From Schizochytrium sp. TIO01 (Eukaryota; Protista; Bigyra: Labyrinthulomycetes), in NCBI GenBank assembly GCA_004764695.1, contig SMSO01000037.1, positions 4,750,747 through 4,814,746 of the forward strand: a DNA stretch of 64,000 bases, in the 5' to 3' direction. The notes beneath the pieces were generated by a model. That model was not told the DNA's origin, made no database searches, and was given only the letters and a program-made list of their open reading frames with translations. Positions within the stretch are counted from its first letter, which is position 1; every line of letters starts with the position of its first letter. A program made the position numbers and the translations under genes. Below, piece after piece: positions 1 through 11,573 of the stretch.

Positions 1-3000
1 GGATTTACAAACGATCTGCCTGAAAATGCAGCGGCTTGGCCCTCCAGAGCACCCTTTGCTTTTTCCAAAAGTTTATTTACCATGGTAATGTTCACGCGCT
101 TGCTAAATACTGATTTAGCCTCCGTTGCAAATGATATTTTCTCTAAAGCCACAGGACGAGCTGCTTCTCCAACAATCTCATACAGAAATTCTCCAACGTT
201 ATTATCAACGAAAACGATCTGACAGCGGTATTCGCCAGGTAAGAACGGAAGATACTGCACCGTTAGGTTAACAGTTTCTCCAGCACGTAGTTTAATTGTG
301 GATGTTTTACATGTAAACGCTTCTGGTACTTTTTCTTGACAAGGGGTACTTGTGATTGCGGAAGCTCGTGAGCTGTCTTTGCTCATGGGACGTTTCACAG
401 ATTTGCTATTCATGCGTTTTGTGGTGGACATACGGTTAGGACCTTGTGAGCCATCGCGAGGATTCTTGTTCTTATTCTTTTTGCCATTGAGTCTGACTTC
501 ATCCTTCGTGCGTTCCTGTACAAAGTCAATATGAAATCTTGCATCTTGAGAGAATGGATTCGTCACCTGAATGTCCACATTTAGAGGCTCGTAAGTGCGT
601 GTAGCACATTTGATCGTCCTGATAGATCGTCTGGAATGGACTTGAGACACCAGCTTGAACACCAGAGCCGAAGCCGAACCAGAAATTGAAGACCCCGCCT
701 TCGAGGTTGCTGAAATGCCCCCACCTGTATTGCGATCAGGTTGTAAAGTTAATATCGCCTCTGCAGGTTTTGAGAAACGACTCATAAGTTCAACAGGAAC
801 CTCAACATTCTGACCTGGTTCCAGGGTAACCTTTCGCACAGGAACGGTAAACTCAAACGAGCCGTCTAAAAGAACATCATATGAAACTACCTTTGAAGAG
901 GGGTTTCGGAGCTCAATAGCCTTAGTCACCTTTGAACCTAAAGCACAGCTGAATTCAATTGTCGCTTTCGGTACAAACTGTGGCATATTCTGGTATAAAT
1001 ATAGAGCAAAGAGCAAGTTATCACGTGCGTTTGCAACTGATGGAAGCATGTCTTCTGGATTCCGTGTATAAGCCAAACCTAACTCTCTGAGAGCTTGCAT
1101 AGCAGCCGCCAGATTGGCCGTACACTGAGACTCATCAGTGGGTTCAAGAACAATAGAAGCCAGCGCTCGCCCAGGCAGTATCATTGAAGGCACATGAGAA
1201 GCAACAACAGTTGCAAGCACAACACCACTGCTAAGGTCGGTATCAAAATTCACAATCGGCGAGTTATGCGAGAATGAGTTTTTCTGCCCGCGCATTAGCA
1301 CGTCTGCAGCAGGAATACCACCGCCTCCACCACTTAAAATGGCATTTGTTCCAAGTTTGCAGTGAAGGTTGAGCCAATACAGAAGAATGCCTTCAGGAGC
1401 GCTGTAAATGTTGCTGTTGCTAGCAGAAAGCATTTTGATATCCTCGTTACTGACCTGGGTACATCCGGGAAGCCCTCGCAGCTGCTTAACAGTGACACGG
1501 TTGAGAACAAAAAGTTTGAGAATCTGCAAAATTACGCTACTCCAAGCATTGACGGAAACAGCCGGGAACTCTCGCTCTAGTTGATGGCGTCGCTGAAGTA
1601 AACGGGCATGGGACTGCGAGTTTGACATACTCACAGAGGACATCGCTGAAGATTGCAAAATCATGGTCATTCCTGAACTTGATGTTCCTTCCCCGCATCC
1701 AAGATCTGGATCACCTTTTGCTCGCTGCCGGATGTACTCATCGCGTGGCAGAAATTGCTCAGGGCGGATATCATGCAAAAGTGCCCCTCGGGACTTCAAA
1801 AATTTTAGCAAACCCTCATACTGTAGAAGAAGGGCTTTTGCTTCTTCTTTAGGTCCTCCTTTCAATTGATTTTGCTTAAGCCGCCCAGGTGCTGTTTTCC
1901 CGGAAAGGCTCGAGATGAGCTCGTAAACTTGACTTCCACGTGACGAAATAAGGTCTGCTGGAAAATCAGTAATTGGAACTTCTAAGTAGGTCACATTGAG
2001 AAACCGAACGAGCATGTGAACGCTAGTAGCGCTTGTAGAGGCAATCTCAACAAGTGAGGCATCTGCAATGAACTCGGCGTTGTTACTTTTCACTCCCTCG
2101 GCACCTTCTTTCTCTTCACTGATAGCTACATCACTGCTAAAGCTTGCGGACGAGCCTCGCTGACGCTTGCGGAATGATTGACGAGGGAAAACTGCGTTCT
2201 CCTTTGGAACAAAGTTGATCGCCTTTTCTGCATTTTTGGATGTTGAGTATTGAAATTGTTCGCGAACTGCTGCAACAAAGGGGAATGCAGTCAACATGCA
2301 ATTTTCAGCTGTCCCTGTAACATAGATTCCAAATTTGTTCCCATCTCCATCGACAAAATCAACTTTAGCTGTGAAAGACATTGGTCGACGAGAGTTGAAA
2401 ATTACCTCTACTGGGACCTGTGGTCGGCTGAGACCAATATTTTTGCCTTCAGGAAAGTTAATACTTAAAGGGACACGTTGCGTCTCCGCAGGAAGCCTGT
2501 ATCTCAGGTCAAGACTATCATAGCCATCATTTTGGATGTAAAAAATGCCGCGGGCCTTGACCCCGAGAGGTACTGTAGGAAGTATGACTTCAGAGGTATC
2601 AAAACGCAATTTGGGAAATACTCCTACTCCGACAAGTTCGAGAAAAAGATACTCCTTGTCGTGGTTTTCATCAAGATAAATAGGTAATGACACGGCGTAT
2701 TGCTCTTCTTCGTGGGGAAGAAAACCTATTCTTACCATACAAGTGTCACCAGGCTCTAGCATACCGCCAGTAGGTTTAACAGAAAAGAACTTCACCGTGT
2801 TAGGGTCGTCTGTAGCTCCAAGTTGGTTTAGAATTGACGTGTCAATTTCCCAGCGAAGAGCGTCGTCGTGATGATTGGTGACCGATATTTCCTTGTATGT
2901 TGGCACCTTCTTGAGGCGGTCCTTGGTGACAACCTTGCTGTCAAAATTTACCAATGTAGAGGAGAGCAGCAATTTTGGCCGGAGTCCTTCTGCTGTGATG

Positions 3001-6000
3001 ACGTGATGCACTGGTGTCGAAGATCCAGCAAGCATGAGAGGAAGCTCAAAAGCATGTGTTCGCTCATTTTTAGGAGCAAATATGATATTTAAATGTAAAC
3101 GCTTCTTTGGAGGTACTTGAATTTCAAAGTACATGCACTCATCATCTAAGTCACGGGTATCATCAACAGCCAGATCATCCATAGCCTCATCTTCATGCAG
3201 CGTGTTCAAGGGAGCACGGACAGCCGGGGCACTGACAGGTCTTAACAAGTTTTCCATATCATCTGTGTCATAGAGTTCGCTAATGCTCGACGTCTCATCG
3301 GTTGGTTTGGTTTCCACATCCGTCTTCTCATGAGAATTCGCTTCTACGAGATCTTGTGTACCATCATTTGATAGGCGAGACGAACGGCGTTCAGCGTCTT
3401 GCTGCTCTTGGCTCATGGAAGGTCCAGCAAGAGCAACTTCAAACTCAAAGTGCTCGCTCAAATCCAAGTTAAGAATAGCTGCCACCTCACCCTTGTTTTC
3501 GAAAGAAATCGAGCGGACAGCTTTAGACCCAATAGTTACACCATCAAAGTCTGTTTGATCCTGTAAGATTTGGATCTCCGGGATTACTGCCTCACCATTT
3601 AAGGGGAGGCGTAGTTCCTTGCCGCCTCGTTGTGTAAGACGGATAATATCTTTTGACGGATCTAATTTGCATGGAGCAGAAGGTTTAAAGGCTACCTGAA
3701 GGCTCACAGTTGCCCCAGGAGGCACCTTGCACTTAGTTGGGGAAACTGATACACCGTTTGGGGTATCCGCCACTGAAATGACTGAGGTGTAATTACCAGT
3801 ATTCTTTACATCAATCTTTTTGATTTCTTCTCTGCCTACGGAAACAAAATTAAAGTCAAGCTTTCGCTGTGTGAAGGAGCACGTTGGCTCTTCGTGGTGG
3901 CCAATGCATTCCAGCACCTCATCGTATCCACCCCTGACACGAAGCATAAAACGTTTTGCCTTTTCTCCACGTACAACTGGGGCATACGTGACAGTGACTT
4001 CCTTTGTTTCATAGGGTTCAATAACATCAGCCTCTGGTTCAATCTTAAATGTTGGAAGCTCAAGAGAATTTCCAGGGCCCCTTTTCTTAGAACCACCCTT
4101 AGCATCATCAGGTACTGCCACTGCAGATGCAGCACTTGATGCGCCACCAATACTCGCTCCTCCCGCAGAAATAGGTACCGGTGGCGCATTTACCCAAGAA
4201 AAATGAGCTGTTGCATTTCCGGTGTTTGTAAGTATCAAGGTTTCGGTGACAGCCGAGTTAAGATTGGACTCGTCGAAACGAAAATCAAGAGTCGAAGTGT
4301 TCAGTGCAAGCTTGATAGGCACGACTTCTGCAAGTACATTAAATTTGAACTTGTGCTGTCCATTGATGATGTATGTAATCATCTTTCGAAACCGATTTGT
4401 TTGATTTGCAGGAGGCTGCGTAGTAGAACTAAAGATTATGTCGAATCCTGCTTGGGCTCCGGGAGGAATGACTTGAGCTTTGGGAGTAGACTGTGCCAGC
4501 TCGTCACAGCCTTCAATGTTGATTTCTACAAGAATATTCTGTGCGAGATCATTACTGATGGCCAAACATTTTGCATTCTTGGAGTTCACACAGACAGTTC
4601 CAAAATCAAGCTGCTTCGGTTGAATAGTAATGAGTGCTAAATCGGTTGGTGTCACGAGCGACCGGCAGTCACTAATCTCACTTTGTGTAGAAGGCTCAGG
4701 TTTGAATTTTCTCTTGATGAGTTTGTTTTCATCATGAGTTTTAGCTCTATGATGGCGGCGTCCACCATTGGCACCCGTATTATTATCCGCGTCGTCTTCA
4801 ATAGGACGCTCCAGCCAAAGAGGCTCAGGATCAGTGGGAACACGAAGTCGCGGGCTTCTTAGACCTTCACGAGGATCAATGCCAATATCAATCGGATCCT
4901 CTTCTAGGTCACGTTCATCGTCTTCTTCACTATCACTTTCTTCATTACCTACTGCTTGGGCACCATTCTTGCCAAGACGAAAGGTTTCCTTCTCACGAGT
5001 GTATCCAGCATGTTTCTTTTTTTGCTGAATTGCGAAGGCTTTGAATTTCTTTTCTGCACGATCCTTCCGGCTGTTTCGAGCACGAATGAGAAAGTCAGCG
5101 TATTGGTCTCGATGCTGTTGCTTGCGAACAAGGTCTGCAGTGCTGAAGGTGTACGTGGGGTCATAGGACTTGACACCACCAAAAACGTCAGGGGCCACCT
5201 CTCCTGAGTCCTCTGGGTCGAGTTGATTATGTGACATCGTTGTACTTGGAGACTCCAAAAGGGTATTTTCTAAGTCTTCTGCAGTAAGGTGTTCGCGTTG
5301 TGCTAGCTTTTTCTTTTCCCAGGGTGGCAAACGCTTGAACCGTGGCTTTGTTTGCCGAGCCTGCCTACGCACTTCATCATCATCAACGTATTTGATCTCA
5401 GATTGAAAATCGGCAACAATAGCTTGAGGTCCACCTGGAATCTTTCGTGCAGATCCAAGTGCATCGCACTCACCATATACTGAAAGAGGCACAACACGAA
5501 CACCATCACAAAGTACGGCATGCAAGGTATTGCGAAATTTCCCAAGCTGAACTGGCATAAATGAGACAAGAACATTTTGAGATTGACCAGGCAAAAGGCG
5601 GCCAACATTTGGTTTGCACGAAAAGAAGGCTACCTTGTTGATAGAATATTGGAGCGGCAATACCTCGCCTTTGTTTGCAATTGTAAAAACAATATCACGA
5701 CGATCTTGCGTAGCACATGTACCAAAGTTAAAGGATGTACGGCTGATTTCCACCAATGGTTTAAGAGCTCGGGCAGAGAGTTTGATGGGAATCTGTTGAT
5801 TTGTGTCAATGCATGTAATGATGGTTTCCATATCAAATGAAATGTCTGAGTTGAGGTTTTGATCACCACGTGCGCGGAAACCCTTTGGTTGAGGGGGTGG
5901 ACGAGGCGCAAAAATCACGTCAAGTGGAATCTTTGAATAGGGTGCTAAGACCCCCTGAGTTGGCGTAATTCGAAGTGGGGGGGCGCGAATACCAATATCT

Positions 6001-6929
6001 TGAACAAATCCAGGAGGTAATTCATCATTGCCATCTCCTTCTGCAGCATCCTCGCTATGGAGACTTAATTCACCAGTCGAGTTTGTGCCAGCTGTCCCTC
6101 CTCGATATAAATCGAATCCAGCTCCAGGCTTGAATGATATCGAGTACTGGCAGGAAACTGGGCTGTTGTTAACAAGCATAAGTTCTTGCTTTGTTTCTTG
6201 ACCAAAATGCAGGGCTCCAAAGTTTAATTCACTATTAACAAGACCTCCATTTTTGGGCATGACAAGTTCTAAATTTTGATCTACAACGTTTGCACAAACG
6301 TCAAGCAAAATGGGAGCCTGGTTCATGACTTCGAGGGTAATGGTTTTGCGGAATGAACCAAGAGTGTCGCTCGAAAAGTCCACTTTCAACCTCTCAGACA
6401 GTTTGCTCGAGCCTGTGGAGGTACCTGCTACAACACCCTTCTCTGGCGACACTGAAAGATACTCGCCCAAGTCCCCTGCAACGTGGAATTCTCCAGGAAG
6501 TGCCCCTTTGTTACATAATTCAAGGTATCTAGTTTGAACATTGCCGCGAACAACTGTACCTAAATCGACGAGGCCATTTCCCTCTACTCCCAAACGTGGG
6601 CACGGTCGCTGTCCCGACAGCGGAATACTAATTTGTGAGTCCCCACTCATTATAACAAGCTCATCATGAAACTCCTTATCTTCTAAACCATCAGGAATGC
6701 AAAACTCAACCTCGGCCCTAACCTCAAGGCCAGGTGCAACCGCTCCAGTGGCTGTATAGTTGATTGTAAAGTAGTTGCTCCTGGGGTGACGGAAACGGAT
6801 ACGCTCTGCTTTGGTGGCAATGTTTTGAATGAGCAATGTCAGCACATATAGCGTATTAGGTTCTACATTTTCGAAATTGACGCGCTGTGGAAATACGCGC
6901 AAGCTTTTGGTGGACGCGACATCCGTCAT
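1..6929 (-). CDS. CFAP47: Cilia- and flagella-associated protein 47-like (ASH/MSP-type Ig-like domains plus calponin-homology domain); 3' end outside window
   Basis: ATG at 6929 (MTDVASTKSLRVFPQRVNFENVEPNTLYVLTLLIQN...). The same frame was read open at spot checks near 5300, 1400 and 3-20. CH-region motifs SNIYSAPEGILLYWLNLHC, NFDTDLSSGVVLATVVASHVP and NARDNLLFALYLYQNMPQFVPK (~960-1415) are typical of CFAP47. Probably absent from the ORF track because there is no stop inside the window. Confidence 0.85.
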   Translation of the reverse strand, partial: MTDVASTKSLRVFPQRVNFENVEPNTLYVLTLLIQNIATKAERIRFRHPRSNYFTINYTATGAVAPGLEVRAEVEFCIPDGLEDKEFHDELVIMSGDSQISIPLSGQRPCPRLGVEGNGLVDLGTVVRGNVQTRYLELCNKGALPGEFHVAGDLGEYLSVSPEKGVVAGTSTGSSKLSERLKVDFSSDTLGSFRKTITLEVMNQAPILLDVCANVVDQNLELVMPKNGGLVNSELNFGALHFGQETKQELMLVNNSPVSCQYSISFKPGAGFDLYRGGTAGTNSTGELSLHSEDAAEGDGNDELPPGFVQDIGIRAPPLRITPTQGVLAPYSKIPLDVIFAPRPPPQPKGFRARGDQNLNSDISFDMETIITCIDTNQQIPIKLSARALKPLVEISRTSFNFGTCATQDRRDIVFTIANKGEVLPLQYSINKVAFFSCKPNVGRLLPGQSQNVLVSFMPVQLGKFRNTLHAVLCDGVRVVPLSVYGECDALGSARKIPGGPQAIVADFQSEIKYVDDDEVRRQARQTKPRFKRLPPWEKKKLAQREHLTAEDLENTLLESPSTTMSHNQLDPEDSGEVAPDVFGGVKSYDPTYTFSTADLVRKQQHRDQYADFLIRARNSRKDRAEKKFKAFAIQQKKKHAGYTREKETFRLGKNGAQAVGNEESDSEEDDERDLEEDPIDIGIDPREGLRSPRLRVPTDPEPLWLERPIEDDADNNTGANGGRRHHRAKTHDENKLIKRKFKPEPSTQSEISDCRSLVTPTDLALITIQPKQLDFGTVCVNSKNAKCLAISNDLAQNILVEINIEGCDELAQSTPKAQVIPPGAQAGFDIIFSSTTQPPANQTNRFRKMITYIINGQHKFKFNVLAEVVPIKLALNTSTLDFRFDESNLNSAVTETLILTNTGNATAHFSWVNAPPVPISAGGASIGGASSAASAVAVPDDAKGGSKKRGPGNSLELPTFKIEPEADVIEPYETKEVTVTYAPVVRGEKAKRFMLRVRGGYDEVLECIGHHEEPTCSFTQRKLDFNFVSVGREEIKKIDVKNTGNYTSVISVADTPNGVSVSPTKCKVPPGATVSLQVAFKPSAPCKLDPSKDIIRLTQRGGKELRLPLNGEAVIPEIQILQDQTDFDGVTIGSKAVRSISFENKGEVAAILNLDLSEHFEFEVALAGPSMSQEQQDAERRSSRLSNDGTQDLVEANSHEKTDVETKPTDETSSISELYDTDDMENLLRPVSAPAVRAPLNTLHEDEAMDDLAVDDTRDLDDECMYFEIQVPPKKRLHLNIIFAPKNERTHAFELPLMLAGSSTPVHHVITAEGLRPKLLLSSTLVNFDSKVVTKDRLKKVPTYKEISVTNHHDDALRWEIDTSILNQLGATDDPNTVKFFSVKPTGGMLEPGDTCMVRIGFLPHEEEQYAVSLPIYLDENHDKEYLFLELVGVGVFPKLRFDTSEVILPTVPLGVKARGIFYIQNDGYDSLDLRYRLPAETQRVPLSINFPEGKNIGLSRPQVPVEVIFNSRRPMSFTAKVDFVDGDGNKFGIYVTGTAENCMLTAFPFVAAVREQFQYSTSKNAEKAINFVPKENAVFPRQSFRKRQRGSSASFSSDVAISEEKEGAEGVKSNNAEFIADASLVEIASTSATSVHMLVRFLNVTYLEVPITDFPADLISSRGSQVYELISSLSGKTAPGRLKQNQLKGGPKEEAKALLLQYEGLLKFLKSRGALLHDIRPEQFLPRDEYIRQRAKGDPDLGCGEGTSSSGMTMILQSSAMSSVSMSNSQSHARLLQRRHQLEREFPAVSVNAWSSVILQILKLFVLNRVTVKQLRGLPGCTQVSNEDIKMLSASNSNIYSAPEGILLYWLNLHCKLGTNAILSGGGGGIPAADVLMRGQKNSFSHNSPIVNFDTDLSSGVVLATVVASHVPSMILPGRALASIVLEPTDESQCTANLAAAMQALRELGLAYTRNPEDMLPSVANARDNLLFALYLYQNMPQFVPKATIEFSCALGSKVTKAIELRNPSSKVVSYDVLLDGSFEFTVPVRKVTLEPGQNVEVPVELMSRFSKPAEAILTLQPDRNTGGGISATSKAGSSISGSASALVFKLVSQVHSRRSIRTIKCATRTYEPLNVDIQVTNPFSQDARFHIDFVQERTKDEVRLNGKKNKNKNPRDGSQGPNRMSTTKRMNSKSVKRPMSKDSSRASAITSTPCQEKVPEAFTCKTSTIKLRAGETVNLTVQYLPFLPGEYRCQIVFVDNNVGEFLYEIVGEAARPVALEKISFATEAKSVFSKRVNITMVNKLLEKAKGALEGQAAAFSGRSFVN

Positions 6930-8214
6930 GGTTCGATTACGTTTCCTTCACAACAAGGTATTTTATCAGGCGTCGGGCCACGCCGGAAAGAATACGCGCA
7001 AGCACCTTGCGTGGCTACTCAGTTTATCTGATCAAAACCTCGCCCAGGGCACGGTTGTTCGTTTAAAGTTCTTCACCAACCTGAGCTATACTCAGCTTGA
7101 CAGTGTACACGAGAAAACGAGACAGAGTTCGCAAAGAGATGCAACAAGGCCTCTAGCCTTGTCGCAGTCTATACAGAACGAACGCACTATTTGGTGCCGC
7201 CCGGGTTTGCTCGACGTCAGCCAGCTTCAAGCAAGCTGTTTATGTCTTATCACTCAAATGCTCTCCAATACTCTACAAGGTTAATTAGGATAAAGGGAGG
7301 GAGTAAGCGGTTCTTTTCTTTATTCCTCTACTAGGGACTTTCAAGCACACAAGGCAGAGACATAAAAATATACATCACCTCTAGGCCAGTTCCAGGCAAA
7401 TAACTTTTTTCTTGTCAATAGAACATACATCTTTCAAGTAATGTGCAAGCGATATTATTCACGCCTCTTTCGCCATAAGTGTGTACTTGCATAGGGCAAC
7501 GGTCAAAAATCAGCTCTGATCGACGGAGAACCCAAGGGCTAGGAAAGTGGAGACATATTACTTATGTCCCTTTCTTCTTTTCATGGTGTCTTGTTCGTCA
7601 ATTGCAGATGCTGGCTTTTCAACTTGTCCAGATTTCGCCTCATAAGCCTTGATTGTCTGTGCCTGGACAGTAGTTCGTCCTAGCACACAGTCACCGCTTA
7701 AAGCGACGTTCAATCCCAGCACTTGGTAGGGTGCATAGGTAAATTTCATGGATAAACTTGTATTTAATAATACAAAGTGATATCGTTCTTCATGTTCTTA
7801 TTTTAATGTTCTTTGTGTTCGTTCGCCTTTCTTGAATCCACTCTATTCAGCCTCACGAAGGGCGGCAAATCCGCGCACGAGGCGCTCCAAGCTCCAGACT
7901 GGAATGAAACGAAGGTTTCTGGATTGTTGTAGCGCCGAGTGTTAGGAATACAAAGGCAACGCGTGTTGCTGCAGCTGGAGAAAGAATTGGAAGCCTCAGA
8001 TTTTTTTGGGCTCCGCTGGGATTGCATCAAGGATTTTGATTCTTTCAATATTTTGTCTGATTGTTCTCAGCCTCAGTGAACTCGGGTTATTTCCAATTTG
8101 GGCCAAAACAGATTTACCTGCGCAGGGCTTGAGCTTTCGCAATATCGCCTTTGTGATACTTTGGGTTCAAGTAAAGGTAGAGACGTAACACGCAAGTCAG
8201 TAGATTCGCGAAAG

Positions 8215-9141
8215 ATGCCTGATCTCGAAGTGAAGAAGCCTGAGGGCGAATATGCTGTGGAGGTGACGAACTTTTCCTTCAAGTATCCGAATGCGTACGG
8301 CGAAGATATTCCTGCTTTGGAGGATGTTAACTTCAAGCTCAAACATGGCTCCCGGTGCTTGCTTCTGGGTCAGAACGGTGCAGGCAAAAGTACTGTGCTG
8401 CGAGTCCTCGGTGGCAAGCATTTGCACAAGAAAGATGAAGTTCTTGTCCTCGGTGACGCTGCGTGCTACCAGACTGGTGCTGTTTCCGGTGTGAGCTACC
8501 TTGCAGCGAGCGGTTGGACAAAGTCTGTGGCATTTGCTGGCAACCATGTTGCCTTCGAAGCAGACATCCCCGTCAAAGATATGATGAGGCATTTGCAGGA
8601 TAAGTACCCGGAAAGACGAGATGAGCTTTACAAGTTGCTAGATATTGATCCTGAGTGGCGTTTGCACATGGTATCCGACGGTCAACGTCGCCGCGTGCGC
8701 ATCATGCTTGGTCTTTTGCGCCCTTTTACGGTCCTCTTGCTAGACGAAGTTACTGTAGATCTGGATGTAGTTGTGCGCGCTGACTTTCTCGAATACTTGA
8801 AGCGCGAGACCGAGGAGCGCGGCGCCACTGTGATCTATGCGACGCATATATTTGATGGTATGGACTCATGGCCAACTGATATTGTCTTACTAGACCAAGG
8901 CCGTGTACTACGCAATGCACCGTACTGTGAAGTGACCGCTGATCCCGGCTACAAATCTTTGTACTATTACATTGAAAGAACCTTGCGTGATCTGCGCAAC
9001 AAGGAGCGCGAGGAACAAAAAGCCAAGCTTGAAGCAGAAGCCGCAAAGAGCAAAGAAAAGGAGGATGTTGAAATCATCCCGTTTGCGGATCGTCCTAACA
9101 GTGGATACACTCCTGGACGTCTAGGAGATATGCCTCTGTGA
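8215..9141 (+). CDS. Soluble ABC ATPase, CAF16 / ABCI20-21-like
   Basis: Walker A GQNGAGKST, degenerate signature VSDGQRRRV, Walker B LLLDEVTVDLD, H-loop YATHIFDG; no TM domain. First ATG at 8215. Confidence 0.9.
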   Translation: MPDLEVKKPEGEYAVEVTNFSFKYPNAYGEDIPALEDVNFKLKHGSRCLLLGQNGAGKSTVLRVLGGKHLHKKDEVLVLGDAACYQTGAVSGVSYLAASGWTKSVAFAGNHVAFEADIPVKDMMRHLQDKYPERRDELYKLLDIDPEWRLHMVSDGQRRRVRIMLGLLRPFTVLLLDEVTVDLDVVVRADFLEYLKRETEERGATVIYATHIFDGMDSWPTDIVLLDQGRVLRNAPYCEVTADPGYKSLYYYIERTLRDLRNKEREEQKAKLEAEAAKSKEKEDVEIIPFADRPNSGYTPGRLGDMPL

Positions 9142-9275
9142 ATGAAGGCTCTCACTTTTAGCCTTGTCAGTATACGAATGAAGGAATTCCCATATGAAGA
9201 TTTTTAATGATTAGTGAAGGTGTTCCAAAATAGTTTAACAAGTTTTGCCCAGTTCCTTTACTCCCTGCAGTTTTG

Positions 9276-10271
9276 TCACGGAATACGGTAAATAGCATTG
9301 ACAAAAATCCGGCGCATGCGAAGATCTTCTTGACGATTCACAACAACGCGACGTATGTATTGCGCATCAATGCACTCTAGCCCTAGCTCTTTTTCCATTA
9401 ACCATCTCAGACCCTCTAATGAAAAGAAAAATGTTCGTGTACCATCGTGTCGCACGTAATAATTAAGACCAAGCCTTTGCTCGGAAGTAAAGCGGGTCTG
9501 GGCATGATCTAACTCAGCATAGTCGCGAAAGAGGAGGTATCCACCTGGTTGAATTGCGCGAATGACTTTGCTAACAGCGTGTTTCATGTTTACAGGATTG
9601 ACTGCACTCAGGACAAAAAGCAAGGAGGCAATGTTGGCGCCATGTACTTGCTCAGGGAGAGGTTCTGGAGAGGTAATATCAGCCACAAACCCACGACAGC
9701 GAGGTTTGTTTCTTGCATTTAGCAGCTCAATTGCTTTTGCTGCAAAGTCAACACCTACGCCATCGCAATTAGGGAACTCTTCTGCCAAAGGAAGAATTGC
9801 GTTTCCCACACCACAGCCGACTTCAAGCATTTTACAAGGTTTACCACTTTGCAGCATCTCGCCGAGAATAGGAAATGCCTTAGTTAAGTAGTGTCTATTC
9901 TTGAAAAAGTTCGTTGTGTTGCGCTTATAAAAGATGTCCCAGTTTTTAGCAGCTTCGCGGTCGAGGCGCTGAATTTGGGCTTCATTCATCGCAAGACCCA
10001 CGCGTGCTAGCACATCTTCCCGTGCTTCGGACTCATGGTTCCCTGCAAACTGCTCTACATGCCAAAAGACGTCCCCACCATCCGATACAGAATTGTTTGT
10101 CTCCACAAAACCCTCGATGTCTTCCTCTCGAGCCAAGACTGGAGTCTCTTCAATGCGCCTTGTTTTCGTCGGTGGTGACGCAGTCTCCGCTTCTTGAAGC
10201 TCTTTGTTGGCGATGTCAATCGACTGGTCCTCAAGGTCCATTGTGTGCTCACGTACTCGGCGACTGCTCAT
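9276..10271 (-). CDS. tRNA N3-methylcytidine methyltransferase, METTL6/METTL2/Trm140 family
   Basis: NWDIFYKRNTTNFFKNRHYL, SAM motif LEVGCGVGN, FVLSAV, LFRDYAELD, YVRHDGT. Start is ATG 10271 or 10241. Confidence 0.92.
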   Translation of the reverse strand: MSSRRVREHTMDLEDQSIDIANKELQEAETASPPTKTRRIEETPVLAREEDIEGFVETNNSVSDGGDVFWHVEQFAGNHESEAREDVLARVGLAMNEAQIQRLDREAAKNWDIFYKRNTTNFFKNRHYLTKAFPILGEMLQSGKPCKMLEVGCGVGNAILPLAEEFPNCDGVGVDFAAKAIELLNARNKPRCRGFVADITSPEPLPEQVHGANIASLLFVLSAVNPVNMKHAVSKVIRAIQPGGYLLFRDYAELDHAQTRFTSEQRLGLNYYVRHDGTRTFFFSLEGLRWLMEKELGLECIDAQYIRRVVVNRQEDLRMRRIFVNAIYRIP

Positions 10272-10811
10272 GCCGTAGAAAGAGCGCCTGTGCTGCTCTA
10301 ATTGCACCAGCGCTCTATTCCGAACCCACCTAGGGTCTGCAGATTGATTTGAAGTAGGTTTGTATTCACTGCCTAGATGGAAAGGGCCATGGAATGATTG
10401 TCGCCAAGGAAAGATGGCAATTTTTGGGCTCCATAGCAATAAGGAAAAACAATACAAGGGGCATAAACACTAGGCGCCACGTATGTAGTTCTATGCTACT
10501 AAAATCAAAGAATTTTTCCTAAGTACCCTACAGGGAGTACTTAGAGCTATTACCATTGACTGATGTTAGTAAAAATAAGAGTAGGTATAGCCGTTGATAG
10601 TAGTAAAAGAAAAAATGGTCTCTAGAGAGCTTCTTGAGCTCGTGTTTCTGATTGGAGCGTTTGTAGCGAAACCACTGCAGAGAAGAAGACTTAAACCCCG
10701 GATGAAGTTGCTGATTTGGGCTACCTTGATTGTGTCTGCAGGTCTGTTTTGTTTCAGACAAGATTGAGAGCAGTGCTGGTTGTGCCAGGGTAGTGACAAC
10801 GCTGGAAGAAG

Positions 10812-11312
10812 ATGAACAGGCCTACAGGGCATGTGCGCTCTCATACGTTGGTTTTTGTCAGATACTTTTTGCTGGCAATGGCCGGTATTTTTGTCTTGTG
10901 GCTACTTTGGTACTTTGTGCTGAAGAGAGCAATGTGCAAGTGCTGCAAGTCAAAGCGGTATTCAGAACTTGAGCTTGAAGAAATTCGCACTCGGCATCGG
11001 CTAGAGGTGAAGCGCCTTGAGCTAAATCGCATGCGAGATATCACACGAGTGCGCGAGCGCAAGCGACTTTATGAAGAAAATCGAACTATCTTGGGTCAAG
11101 CCAAGGACGAGCTAGGTCGCTTTCTCCTAGGCCGGCGAGCCGTCATGAAACAAGAGATTGTTCCAACACCTCGTGACGAGGAAGGTATGGATATTTATGG
11201 AGATGCATGGCTGCAAGGTGTCCGGGGCATCAATGGTGGGCGCCCCATTCGAGAAGTCATGGGAGGTGGGCCTGAAAATTACTCCGACGAGACCAAAATC
11301 CAAATGGTATGA
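10812..11312 (+). CDS. Hypothetical single-pass membrane protein with Cys cluster and coiled coil
   Basis: Hydrophobic FLLAMAGIFVLWLLWYFVL followed by KRAMCKCCK and a charged helix. The true start may be an upstream exon (ATG 10615 or 10702) joined via a possible in-phase GT-AG intron at 10742-10827. Confidence 0.6.
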   Translation: MNRPTGHVRSHTLVFVRYFLLAMAGIFVLWLLWYFVLKRAMCKCCKSKRYSELELEEIRTRHRLEVKRLELNRMRDITRVRERKRLYEENRTILGQAKDELGRFLLGRRAVMKQEIVPTPRDEEGMDIYGDAWLQGVRGINGGRPIREVMGGGPENYSDETKIQMV

Positions 11313-11573
11313 GCCGTTCTTTGTTCTGATATTACAGAAAATTGTTGTTACGAATCTAAAAAAGGGCTTCAAATTCCAATTTGTACCGAGATAAATGAAA
11401 GGATATTGCTTAGTGATACTTTAAAACGAGAATGAGATGATTAAGAAACGTGATTAGTTGTGCTCTCCCTCCCCTCCTTTTCCCTTCAATAACGTCAAGA
11501 AAAATGGGGTCTTCTCCAATTATTTCCTCCAAATCAGGGACAAGGGAAGAAGTGAGTGGCCAGAGAAGCATGC

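Noticed and set aside
352-7284. Many 60-150 aa ORFs in the track
   Set aside because: Antisense or out-of-frame shadows of the CFAP47-like gene; no motifs of their own.
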